Shown: piece after piece, positions 11,917 through 25,759 of the stretch
Position numbering within the stretch: position 1 is the first letter of the stretch
Layout: every line of letters starts with the position of its first letter
Assembly (NCBI RefSeq): GCF_001194135.2
Contig: NC_068983.1
Location: 166,450,100 to 166,495,001, forward strand
DNA: 44,902 nt
Direction: 5' to 3'
From: Octopus bimaculoides
Taxonomy: Eukaryota
The notes under the pieces: model-generated
Seen by the model: the letters and a program-made list of their open reading frames with translations, nothing else
The model's database searches: none
What the model was told of the DNA's origin: nothing
Made by a program: the position numbers and the translations under genes

Positions 11917-13578
11917 GTGCGTGCACACGAACACACACATGAAAGGCCCCTTTCAATTTCCATCCACCATATCAACTCACAAAGTTTTGGTCAGTTTGGG
12001 GACATAGTAGGAGACACTTGCCAAAGGTGTCACACAGTGGGATTGAACAGGAAGCCATGTGGTTGCAAAGTGAACTTCTTAACTACACATCCTTACCTGT
12101 ACCATACACACACACATATATATACATAAAAGTCTGGAATTATAAGGCATAATGCAGTGAAATTTAATGCATGGTTACATGTTTTGTCTTTTGGAAAAAG
12201 GATCAGTTTATTCTAAACAAACTCCAATAAATGCATAGATTTGTAGCATATTAACCCTCTCACCCATTCCTACCTCTAATCCCCTTTCACTGTCTCACAC
12301 ACTCATGCAAGCTCTACCCACCCACACTCCTTGTTCTCCTGTACCCTCTCACTTCTACTCTTGAGGGTCCACCCTGACACTTAATCACCACTACAGTAAT
12401 TCCTGGACTATTGCAAGTGTTAAATTTCAAAACCTCTCACAGAAATAATTAAAATCTAAAAAAATATGAATACCTATCGACTACAGAAACTTGGATGTAC
12501 TGAGGAGTCTGTGATATAAATTTACATATATTAGCCAGAAAAATCCACAATGTACTGAGTGAGCAAGAGGTGAACCGCAATATGGCGAGGGATTACTGTA
12601 TTTCTTATCTCATTCCACTTCCACCCCAGTCATGAGTGTAGCTCATCTAGAATATAAAGCCTTTTGTGTTCAAGCCTATTCTCTCACACTTTAACCATTC
12701 ATGCTATTGCAAAAAGTCCCTCTCTATTGTAGTCACTCAATGGAAGGGACCTTAGTCTTGCAAGGTGCATGGCAACCTCACTAGTGTTGGTGCCATGAAA
12801 ACAGCACCCAGGACATTCAATAAAGTAGCTGGAATTAAGAAGGAGATCCAGCTGTAGAAACCATGTCAAAACAGTTACTGGAGCATAATGCAGTCTTTAA
12901 AATTATAGGATCCTTTCAGACCCTCTAACCCCTGCTAGCATGGAACATGGACATTAAATGATGATTTGTTGGGGAATATATTTCAGTGCTGTTTTTATAA
13001 AACACAAACTAGGTTTCTTGGTGTAAAATCATAATGAATTACTTTAAGTGAGCAGATATAAACATTTCCAAAATAAAGACTGACTTAATTGATTAAACTT
13101 GTGGTTTGATAAAACTTATGATGCAATTAGTTCTTTTCATAGGTTACTAATAAATTCTAATACTCTCTAAAAGGTTCCACAAATAAAATAATGTAAACAG
13201 ACAACAATATTATCATAAAAGAATGTGAAACTATTCACCAGAAGAATAACTGTATAAGATTACAGAGAACCTTAAGTCATTGAAGCAAAGCACACAGATG
13301 ACATGGAAAATCATCTGATCCCTTTAGGATGCTCTTAGTAACAGCCACTACATACATATATATATATATATAACATACACAGATACACACACACATGTAT
13401 ATATATCACCCAACAGATCAAAGAATTTGCCAGAGCTTTCTCAAATGATGTTGAAGAGGATAAAGAGTCATGCGCATATGCAATCATAATAAAGTAATTG
13501 ATTGCTAGCACTTGAAAAGGTTCAGCTGACTTCTTCTATCCTCTTCCATTCACAGGTTATTAACATCAAACCACTTAC

Positions 13579-13623
13579 AACTTGAAATAAATATTGATTA
13601 TACTTAAACATCCAACACAAGAA
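13579..13623 (-). CDS. Candidate internal exon (45 nt, FLCWMFKYNQYLFQV if phase 0), product unknown
   Basis: Acceptor ctgtttctgccttcattcag| and donor |gtaagt. The frame is open and in phase with 13843-13971 across a 219-nt intron. Confidence 0.4.
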
Positions 13624-13842
13624 CTGAATGAAGGCAGAAACAGAACCACACACACACACACACACATTCAGAAAACAAGGCACATAAACTGTTGAATACT
13701 ATCAGCTTTGGGTGAAAAAATATCTATATATATATATATATATATATAATGATCCAACTGAGAGCAGCTTTGCATTTCATTCTTCTGGGGTAAATAAAAT
13801 AAATGGCAGTAAATTCAGTTGACTAAACCTATAGTAGCTTAC

Positions 13843-13971
13843 AAAAACTGGCCTTAATACCCAGCTCAAAGAATCCATTTGTACGCTGATATTTTTTGTG
13901 TGGATGCGGTGAGGTGTGTGTGAATTTATAAGAGCTGAATGTAAATTATAATGCAGAAGTTCAAACAAAAT
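13843..13971 (-). CDS. Candidate internal exon (129 nt, ILFELLHYNLHSALINSHTPHRIHTKNISVQMDSLSWVLRPVF), product unknown
   Basis: Acceptor tgtttgtag| and donor |gtaagc. It is a 43-codon open frame, phase 0/0, in non-repetitive sequence. Confidence 0.4.
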
Positions 13972-15734
13972 CTACAAACACGGCAATTTCATTATGAGCA
14001 GCAACATTGTTTTAAAATTCAGTTTTTGATACTTGCATGTTCTGAACAGAATTCATTGGGGTAGATTTTCTATGACCAGATGCCTTTCTATTTGCCAACC
14101 CATAGCCATTTCCAAGAAAGGTAACGTTCCCCTTCAGTTTGACATGCTTTTCACAGAAGCATATGATGTTGCGACAGGAATACACAAATACACACACACT
14201 TCTTTCAGTTTCTGTCTAAGAAATTCATTCGCAAGAATTCAGCTGGCCCAGGCATATAATAGAAGATACATACTCAAGATGTTGTGCAGTGGGACTGAAC
14301 TCAGAGTCACATGGTTGGGAGGCAATCTTCTTAATTGCATAAAATTACAATACCAGTTAAAATCTTGCTCCTTCTATAGATGTTGAAAAACTATTGTTAT
14401 ATTGAATTTTTTTATGCAACATTTATATAAAATTTCTACAACAAATTACATCAACTCTAACTATGGTTACGGCTCTTCTAATTTAAAACTTCTCTTTGTG
14501 TGATGTAAAAACTGGAAAGTAATACAAAACAGTCACTGCCAAGTGAAATGTACCATTTCCAAAGTACATAAAAACAAACAGGTTTCATAATAAGCATTAG
14601 AATTATTTTTGATTGTATCTATTTAAATCAGCAACAGCTTTCTAACATAACACACCATATTTGTTATGATTTGAGTAAACACAGCTTTTAAATAATTGTG
14701 TATCGAAATTATGTAATAATACATTTAATGGCGTTTATTTTAATGAAACAGCTGTTGAACCAAAAATAAGAACTGTAGGTAAAATTTTATGTTTTTCTGC
14801 TTTTATTCTAAAAATGTTGCAGAAACAGAGATATTAATATCTATTATAATTTTTCTTTATATCTTCTAAATATACTTTCAATGATTTTTCTATACAGATA
14901 AAAAATTTAACAATGAATTATATCTCTCTTCTCATATTTTAGCTTTTTAATCTAAATTTAGAACAGTTAGAGTCACCAAGTTTGAAAACTAAGTTTCAAA
15001 AATGCAGAGGAAGGTGCAGAACTCATGACCATTGCAGGCCTTCTGGGGCTGACGAGATTGATGTCAATGTTCTGATTAGAAACTTGCAGAGAAGACATGA
15101 GGAGAGATAAGGTCCCTGAAGGCCTCTGATTAGGGAATGAAAGATTGGGCATAATGATTACTGCAGGAAAAGTCAATGCATTAAAGGTAACAGTGGTAAG
15201 AAGCTTGCTACTCAACCACATGGTTCTGGGTTCTATCCCATTGCATGGCATCTTGGGTGTCTTCTACTATAGCCTCAAACTGATCAAAGTCTTGTCGATG
15301 GATTTGGTAGACGGAAACTGAAAGAAGCCCATTGTATGTGTGTGTGTGTGTGTCTGTGTGTCTATATCCTGTGTGCTCTTAGTGCTTATTGCCCCGGTGC
15401 ACCTATACCATATGAAGTTTACTTTTTTCTGTTAGCTTAATTGCCATAGCACTGCATCTCTTGTATATCTATAGTTTACACTGAGTTCACCAAATGGAAT
15501 TTATATCCCTTTTCATGTATATCACACACAACCATTCCTCTGAAGGCGGCAAGGCTGTTTCCTCTTTTAGCTCTCTTGATTCTAAATTCTGCTTCTCTGC
15601 CTGGAATTTAAACCTTTCAATTCATTTTGAAAATAACAAAGAATTTACTAAAATAATTTTTCTATTATTAATCTGGTGTTTGGAACATAAATTAACATGA
15701 AATCTCGATGGAAGATTTTAAATATATTTAAAGG

Positions 15735-15875
15735 AAGGGCATCCAGCTGTAGAAACCATGCCAGATCAGATTGGAGCCTGGTGCAGCCTGCTGGCTTGCC
15801 AGTTCTCAGTGAAACCGTCCAACCCATGCCAGCTTGGAAGGCGGACGTTAAATGATGATGATGATGATGATGATA
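15735..15875 (+). mobile_element. RTE-LINE extreme 3' end with (GAT)n tail
   Basis: Same sequence as 11616-11773. Confidence 0.85.
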
Positions 15876-16476
15876 TGATTATCTCATAGCATTGAAATTT
15901 TGACGATGGAGTTGTATATTTTTTTAATGACATTGTAGAGTAGGTGTGAGAGGCCAGATCTAGCTGGTTTCAACATAAAACAGGTGGAATATTTGGGTTA
16001 GACATGGCCAACTTAAATGCTAATGGGTTAAAACTTACTGTAGACAAGAATAATACATAGTTATAGTGAATGCCTGTCATTATTGTCACTGTTGCCATCA
16101 TCCTAAGTGTTTTATATTCACTTATTCATGCAGGCATACGTTGGGTGGGTTTTCTGGGGATAGTGTTTAATGGCTGGATGCCGGCAGCATGCAAAAATAT
16201 GGCAAACCTATTCAAAACCCAACTAAACATGGTCAAGTACCTCAACAATACATCTCTACACATGGTAAGATACATCTATGGCCACTGCTGAAAACAATAT
16301 GTTTATAAAGATAGGATAGCATTTTCCTAAGAATTTTTTAAAGACAAGGATGCAACATTATCAAAAAATATCCCAAATTCTTTTAAAAACTTTCTTCGGT
16401 ATCACTTGAGTATTATAATGCCTGAAAGTACTATTATTAGTAAGCCACTTTTAAAGTTTAAAATGGTTTTAAAATA

Positions 16477-16914
16477 TTAACTCCTTTCCTAACTGTATTT
16501 CTACTGAAACACATTACCTTTGTTTCAATTACTTTTGAAAATAATGAAACATTTAGTAAAATACACTTGGTGTTTTAAATATAACATGAAATTTTGATGG
16601 AAGGTTTTAATCTTTTCGTTACTAACATGCTTGAGATTGCTCGTGGTTCTATGATAAAAATCTTCCAGTTTTAAAGTGAACTAAATTAAAACTTGCATCA
16701 AAATTTCATGTTAATTTATATTCCAAATGCCAATTCAATTGTGATTATTTTATTTTACTAAATTCATCATTTTCAAAATTAGTTGAAACACAAGCAGTGT
16801 ATTGCAATGAAAATATAGTAACAGAATGGTTAATTTTGATCACTTTAAAAGAAGGAATTTGCATCATAGGTTCACCGGCAATCTTTTGATATCTTTTGGT
16901 ATCAAAAGGGTTAA
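16477..16914. mobile_element. Family F MITE (+) carrying a second family F MITE (-) inserted at an internal TTAA
   Basis: Outer TTAA at 16477-16480 and 16911-16914. The inner copy (reverse orientation) is bounded by TTAA at 16607-16610 and 16830-16833. Confidence 0.7.
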
Positions 16915-17046
16915 AAGGAGTATGGCCTTGATCCTGGCATAAACCCAATGGAAATACTGAAAATGAAGCAAAAAAAAACAATCCCAATATTAGCTTTCGC
17001 ATTTTATGAAACTTTCTCTCCATGACAGTCATTCTAACTTTCTAAA

Positions 17047-17056
17047 NNNNNNNNNN
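17047..17056. other. Assembly gap (10 N)
   Basis: N run in the sequence. Confidence 0.99.
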
Positions 17057-20000
17057 GAGACTTTCACCTAACCTGTCAGATATATTTGCTTTTCCAAAAT
17101 GCGAGAGCATGTGCATGTGTGTATGTGAGAGAGAGAGAGAGAGAGAGAAAGAAAGTATGCATGCTTGTGTGCGTAAGTGTGTGTGTGTGTGTGTGTGTGT
17201 GAGCATGTGCCCATGTGAACATGTATACATGTGCTTGAGTTAGTCATCCACACAGCGATATGCATTCTCTTACTTTTGCCGCTTCCATGTTCTTGACTTT
17301 ATTGATCCATAAATATTATTTATACAATATTTATGCTAAGAGACTTGAGAGGTCAAGAGATGTCAACATCTGCACATTCTCTCTAATCATCAGTTCCGCT
17401 TATTTTCATTTTCTCTTCACCTGCAGAGGTTACGAAAGAAGATACATCTTTAAAATAAACCTTTGCTCCGTTCACGCACACACTCTGGCAAGTAAAATGT
17501 TGCAACAAGTTTTTTTTCATAGCTACTTTATACCCCTATACTTCAATCATCTAACATGTTCATAGCTTGGTCTTGACACACATTACAATACCAACTAAAC
17601 CCTTTTGTTACCAAATTTGTACTAAAATTCACTGCCTTTGTTTCAATTAATTTGAAAATAATGAAGAATTTAGTAAAATGATTTTGTTATTATTAAGCTA
17701 TTGTTTGGATTTGTTAACACGAAATTTTGAGGGAGTGTTTTAATTGAGATCACTTAAAAAATGATCTCATGCAGATTGGTATCAAAACGATTAAACCTAT
17801 TTAAAATAAATGTGATACTACTGATGATGAGTCTAAGAATTCCAAAACAAATCCGGTTTAGAAAGGAGCTAAGGAAATTGTAATGAGCTAACACTCAAAT
17901 AAGTTTTGACAGATAAACAGGCCCAGGCCATGTCTAACTTAGTAGCACCACCTGGAGTAGTCTTAACCTATTAACATTTGAACTAGCCATATCTGACTCA
18001 AATATTTTACCTCTTTTATGTTCAAACCAGCCAGATCCAGCCTCTCACACCTACCCTACAATATCATTCTAAAAATAAACAATCACACCGTTGAAATCTC
18101 AAAGCTATGAGATAATGTATAAACAATGTGAATAGATAATACATTTGACAGAGTAATTTGATTGCTGAAGAGCTAAGTCATGTTTTAGGATATCCATAGC
18201 CCGCTCAAATACGGAGCTGTTTGCCAAGATGTATCCAATTGTCAGCAGTTTGTCTGGTTTTTCTAAAAGGAATTTGTACTGGTGCCATTTGAATGTTCTT
18301 TCGTCCCCTCAGTTTCTTTCAGAAAACTGTTAAGGCAGGAATAGTTAAGGTTAAAAAAAAAAAAAGTGTGTCACAATGTGATGCAAGCTCAATTTTGGTA
18401 AAGGGTCTATAGCTAAGCCTTGGGTGGCTTGTGAACTGACATTGTTTAGATGGTGTCAATGGAATATTTCCTACATTGTACAAATGATGAAGCACTGATG
18501 ATAGCATTGGAGACAATGAAGTTTGACCATTTTCAAGTAATCCCTAGAGTCAACAATTGTCATGCCATTATTATTTTTTTTTTTTGCGATCAATCTCTGG
18601 GGTGTTTTATTAAGAATGCAGATTTGTTCTCAAAAGATTAACATACTTCAGTTTATATCTCAGTAAACTTAAAGATTTAAGAATGTAAGTGAGAAAATAG
18701 TTTAGCATTACTAAGCTCTGTATAGTTCCATCATCATCAACATTAAAAAGGAAAATTTCTTATACACGTTTACATGATTTATAACATGATATGTTTAGTA
18801 AGTTATCATTCCCAAATATTAAAACGCAATAAAATCTCTGTAAAAGAGGATCAAGTGTCTGAAACTTATTTAATCATTTAATCCCTAAGTTCTAATGAAC
18901 CTATCTTCCAACAATGTTTGACAAGCAACTTCTTAAAGTTCTTTTTTTTTTTGTGTGTTTTAGTTATTTTCTTTCAATCATGTGTAACAAATATTACAAA
19001 AATTTCCTTCACATATTTTATTTATATAAATAGATAACCAAATATTTATACTAGAAAGCTATGCATCATGACAAGTAATTTTGAGAGTATACTTTTGCCA
19101 GCAACAGTAATATCAGAAAATATGGCATTCATACAATATAATTTATCAACCCTCTTGGTGTTTATACAAAATGATGAAATGCTAATTTTCAAAACAAAAA
19201 TATTTATTACCTCAATACAAAATTAAAGGAGAAAAGTTTCTCATTTGTATATTTTTCGAAATTTTATCAACATAATCACAATCAACTCCACTGGAAAACT
19301 ATCTTTGCAAAATTTGAATTCCTTCAATAACTAATCCGGCATTTACTCAATGAATTTTCCTAGTTTACTGTTTGTGTTTGAGCATTCAGATACTCAGTGC
19401 CTGCCACCATACATAGTATTTGCACTCATCCTGCATCTCAGGTTATCTCTCTACTATAATAAAACATGACTGAAATCAACCAACCAACCAACAACTTATC
19501 ACCCATTATTATATAGAGACCTTACATGTCTGAAATTTATTTAATCTTTTAATCTCCACGTCCAAATAATCATATACATCTCATCAATGTTTAACTAATA
19601 ACTTGTTATTGTTAAATAGCTATTTCTCTTTTTTGCTTTGTTGTTTTCTTTTAAGCATGTATAACATAAAAATTTTAAATATTTTATCATTTATATAAAT
19701 AAAAAGATAACCAAATATTTGCAGACTTTCCATGTTAACACCCATTTACATTTAGCATGAAGTTATGAATTGAAGAGACAATATTGTTCACAAGGAAGGG
19801 TAATAGAATTAATTGTCCAAGACTGAACATTTTAGAATATTTAGTAAAGTCCAAGACTGAACATTTTAGAGTATTTAGTTACATACCTTTGCAGTCAAAT
19901 GGTGGAATGATGGGACATTTCTTTACACTACTCTAAGATTAAAACCAGAAATAACAATTATTTATCGGTCAGTTTAATACTATATCATCTTACTATTCTG

Positions 20001-23000
20001 CTCTTCTCCCTGCAACCCATCATTTCTTCTGCACTGTCAGCCATTTCCTACTCCTCCTACATCCCCACCAATTCATGCATCATTAATTGTTTCCCACCCC
20101 TAATCCACGCTACAACCCCACCCAATCTTTACTGTTATTGCTCATCTCCCCGTCACATTCTTACAACCCACATTTGTCCTCACTTATACTCACCTCACAC
20201 CTTGATGGTCCTCCCAAACTCCTCCTCAACCACCATTTCTATTGCTTTCTAGCTTCACTTGATTACTCCCACCCTCTTCAGTAGTCATGTAGTCCCTCCA
20301 CAGCAAGAAACCTGTTCTGCTCAGGTTCCTTCCCTCATACATTTAACCCCTCACCTAATGTAAAGTTGCCCTCTGAAGGCAAGCTGCATGGAAACCTCGC
20401 AAGTGCTACTAGCACAATAAAATCACCCCAACAGATGCTGTAAAGTGGTTGGTGTTACGAAGAGTATCCAATCATAATAAACTATACCAAAGCAGATATT
20501 GGAGCACAGTGCAGTCCTTGGACCTATAAGTGGTAAAAGTATACTTCTAAGGTTATCCAGCATATGACAGATAACACTAATAAACACATTATCAATATTA
20601 ATAATGTTTGCTTTAATTTGCCATAAGGACATTGTTTATCTCGGTTACTTAAGACATTGACAAGAAGAGAAATTTCAATAAAGACTTAATTGCTATGTTA
20701 TCAGGCTCCATAGAAGCTTTTTCATTAACTTGTATTTAATTCTGTCCACTAATTTAGTGATAACTTAAATAGCTTAAAATTTTTTTTTTCTGTTTCCTTT
20801 TTAACCTAAAAGTTTCACTTGATATTGGAGGCTTATGGACTTTTACTTCTGCTCAATAAAAATTTTTTTTTAAAGTTGCATTCCCTAATTTCAGTCATTT
20901 CTGAGCGATCAGAGAAGACAATCATCATCATTTCAAGATCCAATTTCCATGCTTGCTTGGGTCAGAAAGAATTTGTTGAGAGATTTTCTATGGTCAGATG
21001 CCCTTCGTGTCACCATCCCTCACCTGTTTCCAAACAAGGTAATATTTCTCCAAGAACAGACATGATTTTCATAGAACACAGGAAACAAACATCATGTGTT
21101 GGTGATGCTCATTTACAACTATCACATGATGTCAAAGGTACATGCATACATATACAATGGGCTTTCTTCAGCTTTCACCTGCTAATTCCATTCACAAGGC
21201 CTTCATTGGCCCAGGACTGTAGTAGAAGACACTTGCCCAGGTGAGATTGAACTCAAGACTACATGCTTGTGAAACAAACTTATTCACACAGCCACACCTG
21301 CATTATAAACACATAGAATTAAAAGCAGTGGCACCGCATTTGCTGGTGACTGAATATGTTTATGTTAGAAGGAATGATAGCAAAGTACACAAACTTGCTA
21401 AGAGCACAATATTTTAATATCGATATATTGATATATCTATCACTTCTGTAGTGAAATTCTCTTAATTCTGTTGTATAACAAAAAACTAGTCTCCACTTCC
21501 AAGATTGGTCTATTCTTTATATATTGGATGTGTGTCATAAAATTAAAGTCAGTCGATTATTCTAACCAACATTCACAAAAAGATTGTTTAATATTAGCAA
21601 TCCAAACAAAAACAATTTTCTAATATTTCTTTAGATATGTACATTAGACATCATATCTTCTCAGAAGTCAGTACCCTAGCCAAGATATGGTTGGTTATTT
21701 ATAGCCAGAGAATATGGGGGGGGGGGAGAAATCAGCAACATCTAGGTTATAAAAATAATACTAAGAATAACTTTCCGAGGTAATTAGATTCTAGACAGGA
21801 CAACAAAAAAAAACATTACTATCATCTAATACAGTTTTTCTTTTTATTTTAAAAGATTGTAGTTTAATGACTAACTAATTAAGCTGAGAAAAAATTTACA
21901 AGATCACAACTTTTAATAAAACATCTTGAACAATATTATATAATTATTTTACTTTCATTTTCTTTTCAATAATTGCATCATTAAATACACTAATAATCTT
22001 CATTTCAGGAAAAAAAAATTAAAGTTTCTAAAACACACCCCTGGAAAGCTGCTATCTTTAATGGTAATTATCAAAAGAAATAGATTTGTAAATAAAAATT
22101 ATCAAAACTAACAATTATTTCTAGTTTCTTTTAAAATGGGATTTTTTTTTTCTTGTTTTCTTGCAAATTATTTTCATCGTTTAAAAACAAAAAATAATAA
22201 ATGCAAAAGAATGAAATTCACGAACAAAGTGATGACGGCAATTAACTAAATCAATAACAAGTTTTCAAAATCAATATATAATGCAAGAAAATACCAGAGG
22301 CAGTGAGTTAAGGCAATGGGTTAGAAATTGTGGTTGTCCATTTTTGTATAGCAGTTGATTTGCCAGTCATGCTTTTTACATGATGTAGAGAGGGAGGAAG
22401 TTAAAGAGAGTTAAGACAAGAGGTGCAGGATGAGTGCACAAACTAGGCTTGGAGGAGGAGGAGGAGATAACAGAGTTGTTACAGAACAAGTCATGCAAAT
22501 GAGAGATCTGCTTAATTTTAAGATATTAAACATTTTCCTTTTGAAAATTAATATTCATTTCATCATTTTGAATAAACACCAAGAAATTTGATAAAAGTAG
22601 AATTAACACTAGTTATTATGAAGCTGTCCAAAATTGTGACATCAATTCAGGTTGCAAATCTTCAGCAATTTATAGAAAGATGAAAAACAAATGCTTAATA
22701 AGTATGTTTCACATGAAATTTTACAAAAAAAAAAGCCTCCAAACTGACATGTTATTGTCTTCACTTAAAAACAAACAGGGATTAAGTGGTCCCTGTTGTT
22801 TTTAGTGAACATGATGAGCAGGTATGGATTTCCTGTGACATGAAACAATGATACAGCAAAGATAAAAGAGAAGGAAAATATATGCCTTCCCAAAATCTCC
22901 ACCCAGATAATGTTACAGCTGCTGATTAACCAACAGTTAGGCTTAAATCGAGCAATCAATAATATATGGAAACTTGACATAGAAAGGAATAACTAGAATC

Positions 23001-23240
23001 ACTTGAAATAATATGTACTCTCTTATGTAAATTTATTCCAAATTGACGTCTAGAAACCAAGTCAATTAGTAAAGCAAAATTTATGCTGGGGAAACGGGAA
23101 ACAGAAACTCAGAATATTCTAATATCATTTTGCCGTCCTAACGATCTCCCCTTGCCTATTAAAAGCTTTACAACAATTTAGGCAAATATAGAAAATATTT
23201 TTTTCACAATCAATTTCTTTCTTGTTATACAGAAACATAC

Positions 23241-23294
23241 ACAAAAGACAATTATCTGGCTGTCAACTTCAAGAGAGAAGATAAAAAGAGATCT
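23241..23294 (-). CDS. Weak candidate exon (RSLFIFSLEVDSQIIVFC)
   Basis: Acceptor tcttgtctacag| and donor |gtatgt. The segment is 54 nt with one open frame. No homology recognised. Confidence 0.2.
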
Positions 23295-24874
23295 CTGTAG
23301 ACAAGATTATTTATGAGAGCAAATAGGCATGGCTATGTGATTAAGCTTTCTTCCCAAGCATGTGGCTTGGGGTTCAGTCTCATGGCATGGAACTTTCTGC
23401 TATAGTTCCAAACCAAACAAAGCCTTGTGTGTTGATTAGGTAGATGGAAATTGAAAGAAGCCCATTGTGTGTGTGTGTGTGTGTGCGCGCCCATGTTTTG
23501 ATATCACATGATGGTGATATCATACAAGTGATGAAGTTCATTTCCAGCTTTCCATGAAAAACCTGTCTCGTCATAGAATCCAGTGAGGATTGGTGACAGG
23601 AAGAGCATCCAGCTGTAGGAAAACTGCCTCAACAAATTCTGACTGACCCATGCAAGCAATGAGAAGTGGACATAAAGTGATAATGATTACTGTATTTTGT
23701 AGGATTAGGGCTATGTTGAAAGCAGAAAACATGCTCACATCTGTATGTTTGACTAAATCAGAAAGTTCTAAGTGCTAAGGCAAGAAGTATTGAAACTAGT
23801 CAGCAATGAGGAGGGTGGCAGGGGGCGGTGAGTCCTGTGTGCATTGACAGTCTCCTTTCAGCGACAGAGTTATTTGCAAAAAAAAATAACACAGACCCTA
23901 ATGTAAGATCTTTCAAAAATAACTTTCACACGTTAGAGTCATTTTATGTTAGCATACTGACATGAGCAATGAAGAAACTTTATTCAAACATATTACAACA
24001 CTCTATATGATAATCCACTACATATCCAAGTGTAGTCTTCCACCAACCAGAAGAAGAAATATATCTAGTGAGCTGGCAAAAGAGCCTGCACACAGTTATT
24101 CATCTGACAAAAAATTGCTGTCAAATCTTTTTCAAATTACATTCTGGATGACCCTTTTGTTACCACGTTTCTATTGAAATACACTGCTTTAAATTTGGTT
24201 AATTTTGAAAATAATGAAGGAATATAGTAAAATAGCTTTGTCAGTTTTATGCTGGTGTTTTGATGGAAGAATTATTTAAATCACTTTAAAAACAGAAACT
24301 GTGTATTATAAAACCAGAGACAATTTTTTGCCAAGTTGGGATCAAAAAGTGAAAGTAATCCTGATAATATATTCCAAAAAAGAAGCTGGAATGGTCACAA
24401 TTTGAATTCCAATCAAACAATGCTTGTTACAGAGAAATATTTTCTCTATGTGCAGACACCATCAAAATACAACAGAAGTTACCACTTTTACAATAGAGGA
24501 TCTAACCACGAAACACTTGTTCCAACAATTCACATAAATATTGGCATAATTACCTACTAAACCATACAAACATGGATAGCAGTGGGGTTTTTTTTTTTCT
24601 AATATATAATGCCATTTAAGTCATGCAATTCACACACTTGTAGCCTACATATATGGTAACTTAAAATGGAAACCCTTCCACAAAACTGGGCCTTTTTGTT
24701 ACTGTATTTTGTTATAGTTTTTGTCTCAATAGTTTTGTCATTAAACTGGTGTTTGGAAAATAAATTAACATAAAATTTTGATGGAAAGTTTTAATTGAAA
24801 TAATTTTAAAATAGAGAGCTTGTCTCAAAGAACCAGGAGGTAGTTTCAGGCAGGTCGGTATGAAAAGGGTTTAC

Positions 24875-24965
24875 CAAATATATCCAATGTCACTGGCTGT
24901 ATACCATTCCAGTTACTACCACAAAGAATATTCAAAATTCTAAATTGAATGCCCAAAACAATCAC
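24875..24965 (-). CDS. Weak candidate exon (VIVLGIQFRILNILCGSNWNGIQPVTLDIF-G)
   Basis: Acceptor ttttttttgctacag| with one open frame. The donor gtaaac coincides with the end of a MITE, so it is uncertain. Confidence 0.2.
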
Positions 24966-25759
24966 CTGTAGCAAAAAAAATTTTGGAAGAAATATAAATA
25001 AGGCAAGTTAAAAATAAAAGGACATGTGAAATAATGTCGGAAGCTAATGCACAGAAAGATAACTTGGCAAATGAAAATGCTTGGATCACATTTAAAGGTA
25101 CGTTGGCACTGCCTCTGCCTGTTCCAACTGAAAGGACTTAGATTTATGGCAACATTTGAAATAAAATGCTTCCAGCTATCTCTTTCTATCTGACTTCTGT
25201 AGAAGAGGCAATTTTAATCTTTGATTTCCAAAGCAATGTTGCTACATCAAACGGGAACAAGAATCACAGAAAGAAATGAAATGAAGAGGTTACAACATTA
25301 AAAACTTCAAAGAAAATGACATTTGACAGATTATTAGAAAATGTAATTCCAACTACAGAATGAAATGTTTTCTTTTGTGTCTTTGGAAGCTTTCTAAAAG
25401 AAGCAGCCACCATAAAATGGTAATACAACTTATAGTTTCAATGATAAAGCAACAGTCGATTTATTCTTCAACTGGTTATTAAGAGCTTAACAGGAATCCC
25501 GTTTACACTGACCCAGACTTCATTTAGGTTACTTGGTCAAAGGTTATCAATCTTCAATAATCTCTTCATATATACACTTTTGTTTTTAAATGTATTTAAC
25601 ATAAATCATTCATTCTTTGAACATACAACACACATTATTCATTATCCTCATTATCACCTGGTTGACATCCATTTTTGAAAGGATACAAGTTACACATAAT
25701 TTCAAATACGAAGATTAAATGAACTTCAGAATTGATATTCAAACATTTAAATTTAATTT

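Noticed and set aside
13415-13495. Protein-like frames on both strands (IKEFARAFSNDVEEDKESCAYAIII on plus; AYAHDSLSSSTSFEKALANSLICW on minus)
   Set aside because: The phase does not fit the neighbouring candidate exon and the splice sites are weak. Unresolved.
14973-15251. 92-aa minus ORF
   Set aside because: The N-terminal part is a SINE head read in antisense. The remainder has a good acceptor but no convincing donor or homology.
16134-16264. Plus-strand segment with good AG/GTAAGA sites (GIRWVGFLGIVFNGWMPAACKNMANLFKTQLNMVKYLNNTSLHM)
   Set aside because: It is isolated, has no in-phase partner exon and runs against the apparent minus-strand transcription skew. Not excluded.
18185-18315. 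Open minus frame GDERTFKWHQYKFLLEKPDKLLTIGYILANSSVFERAMDILK
   Set aside because: It has no start or usable splice sites and abuts a MITE. It is more likely part of an unidentified repeat.
19815-19879. 34-bp direct repeat, with similar short doublets at 6390-6437 and 8025-8072
   Set aside because: Each has only two units with no unique spacers. These are local slippage duplications and not CRISPR-like arrays.
24875-24965. TLDIFG resembles the TLEIFG motif recalled from vertebrate MMS22L
   Set aside because: It is a six-residue similarity, and none of the other candidate exons match the flanking MMS22L sequence, so no gene symbol was assigned.
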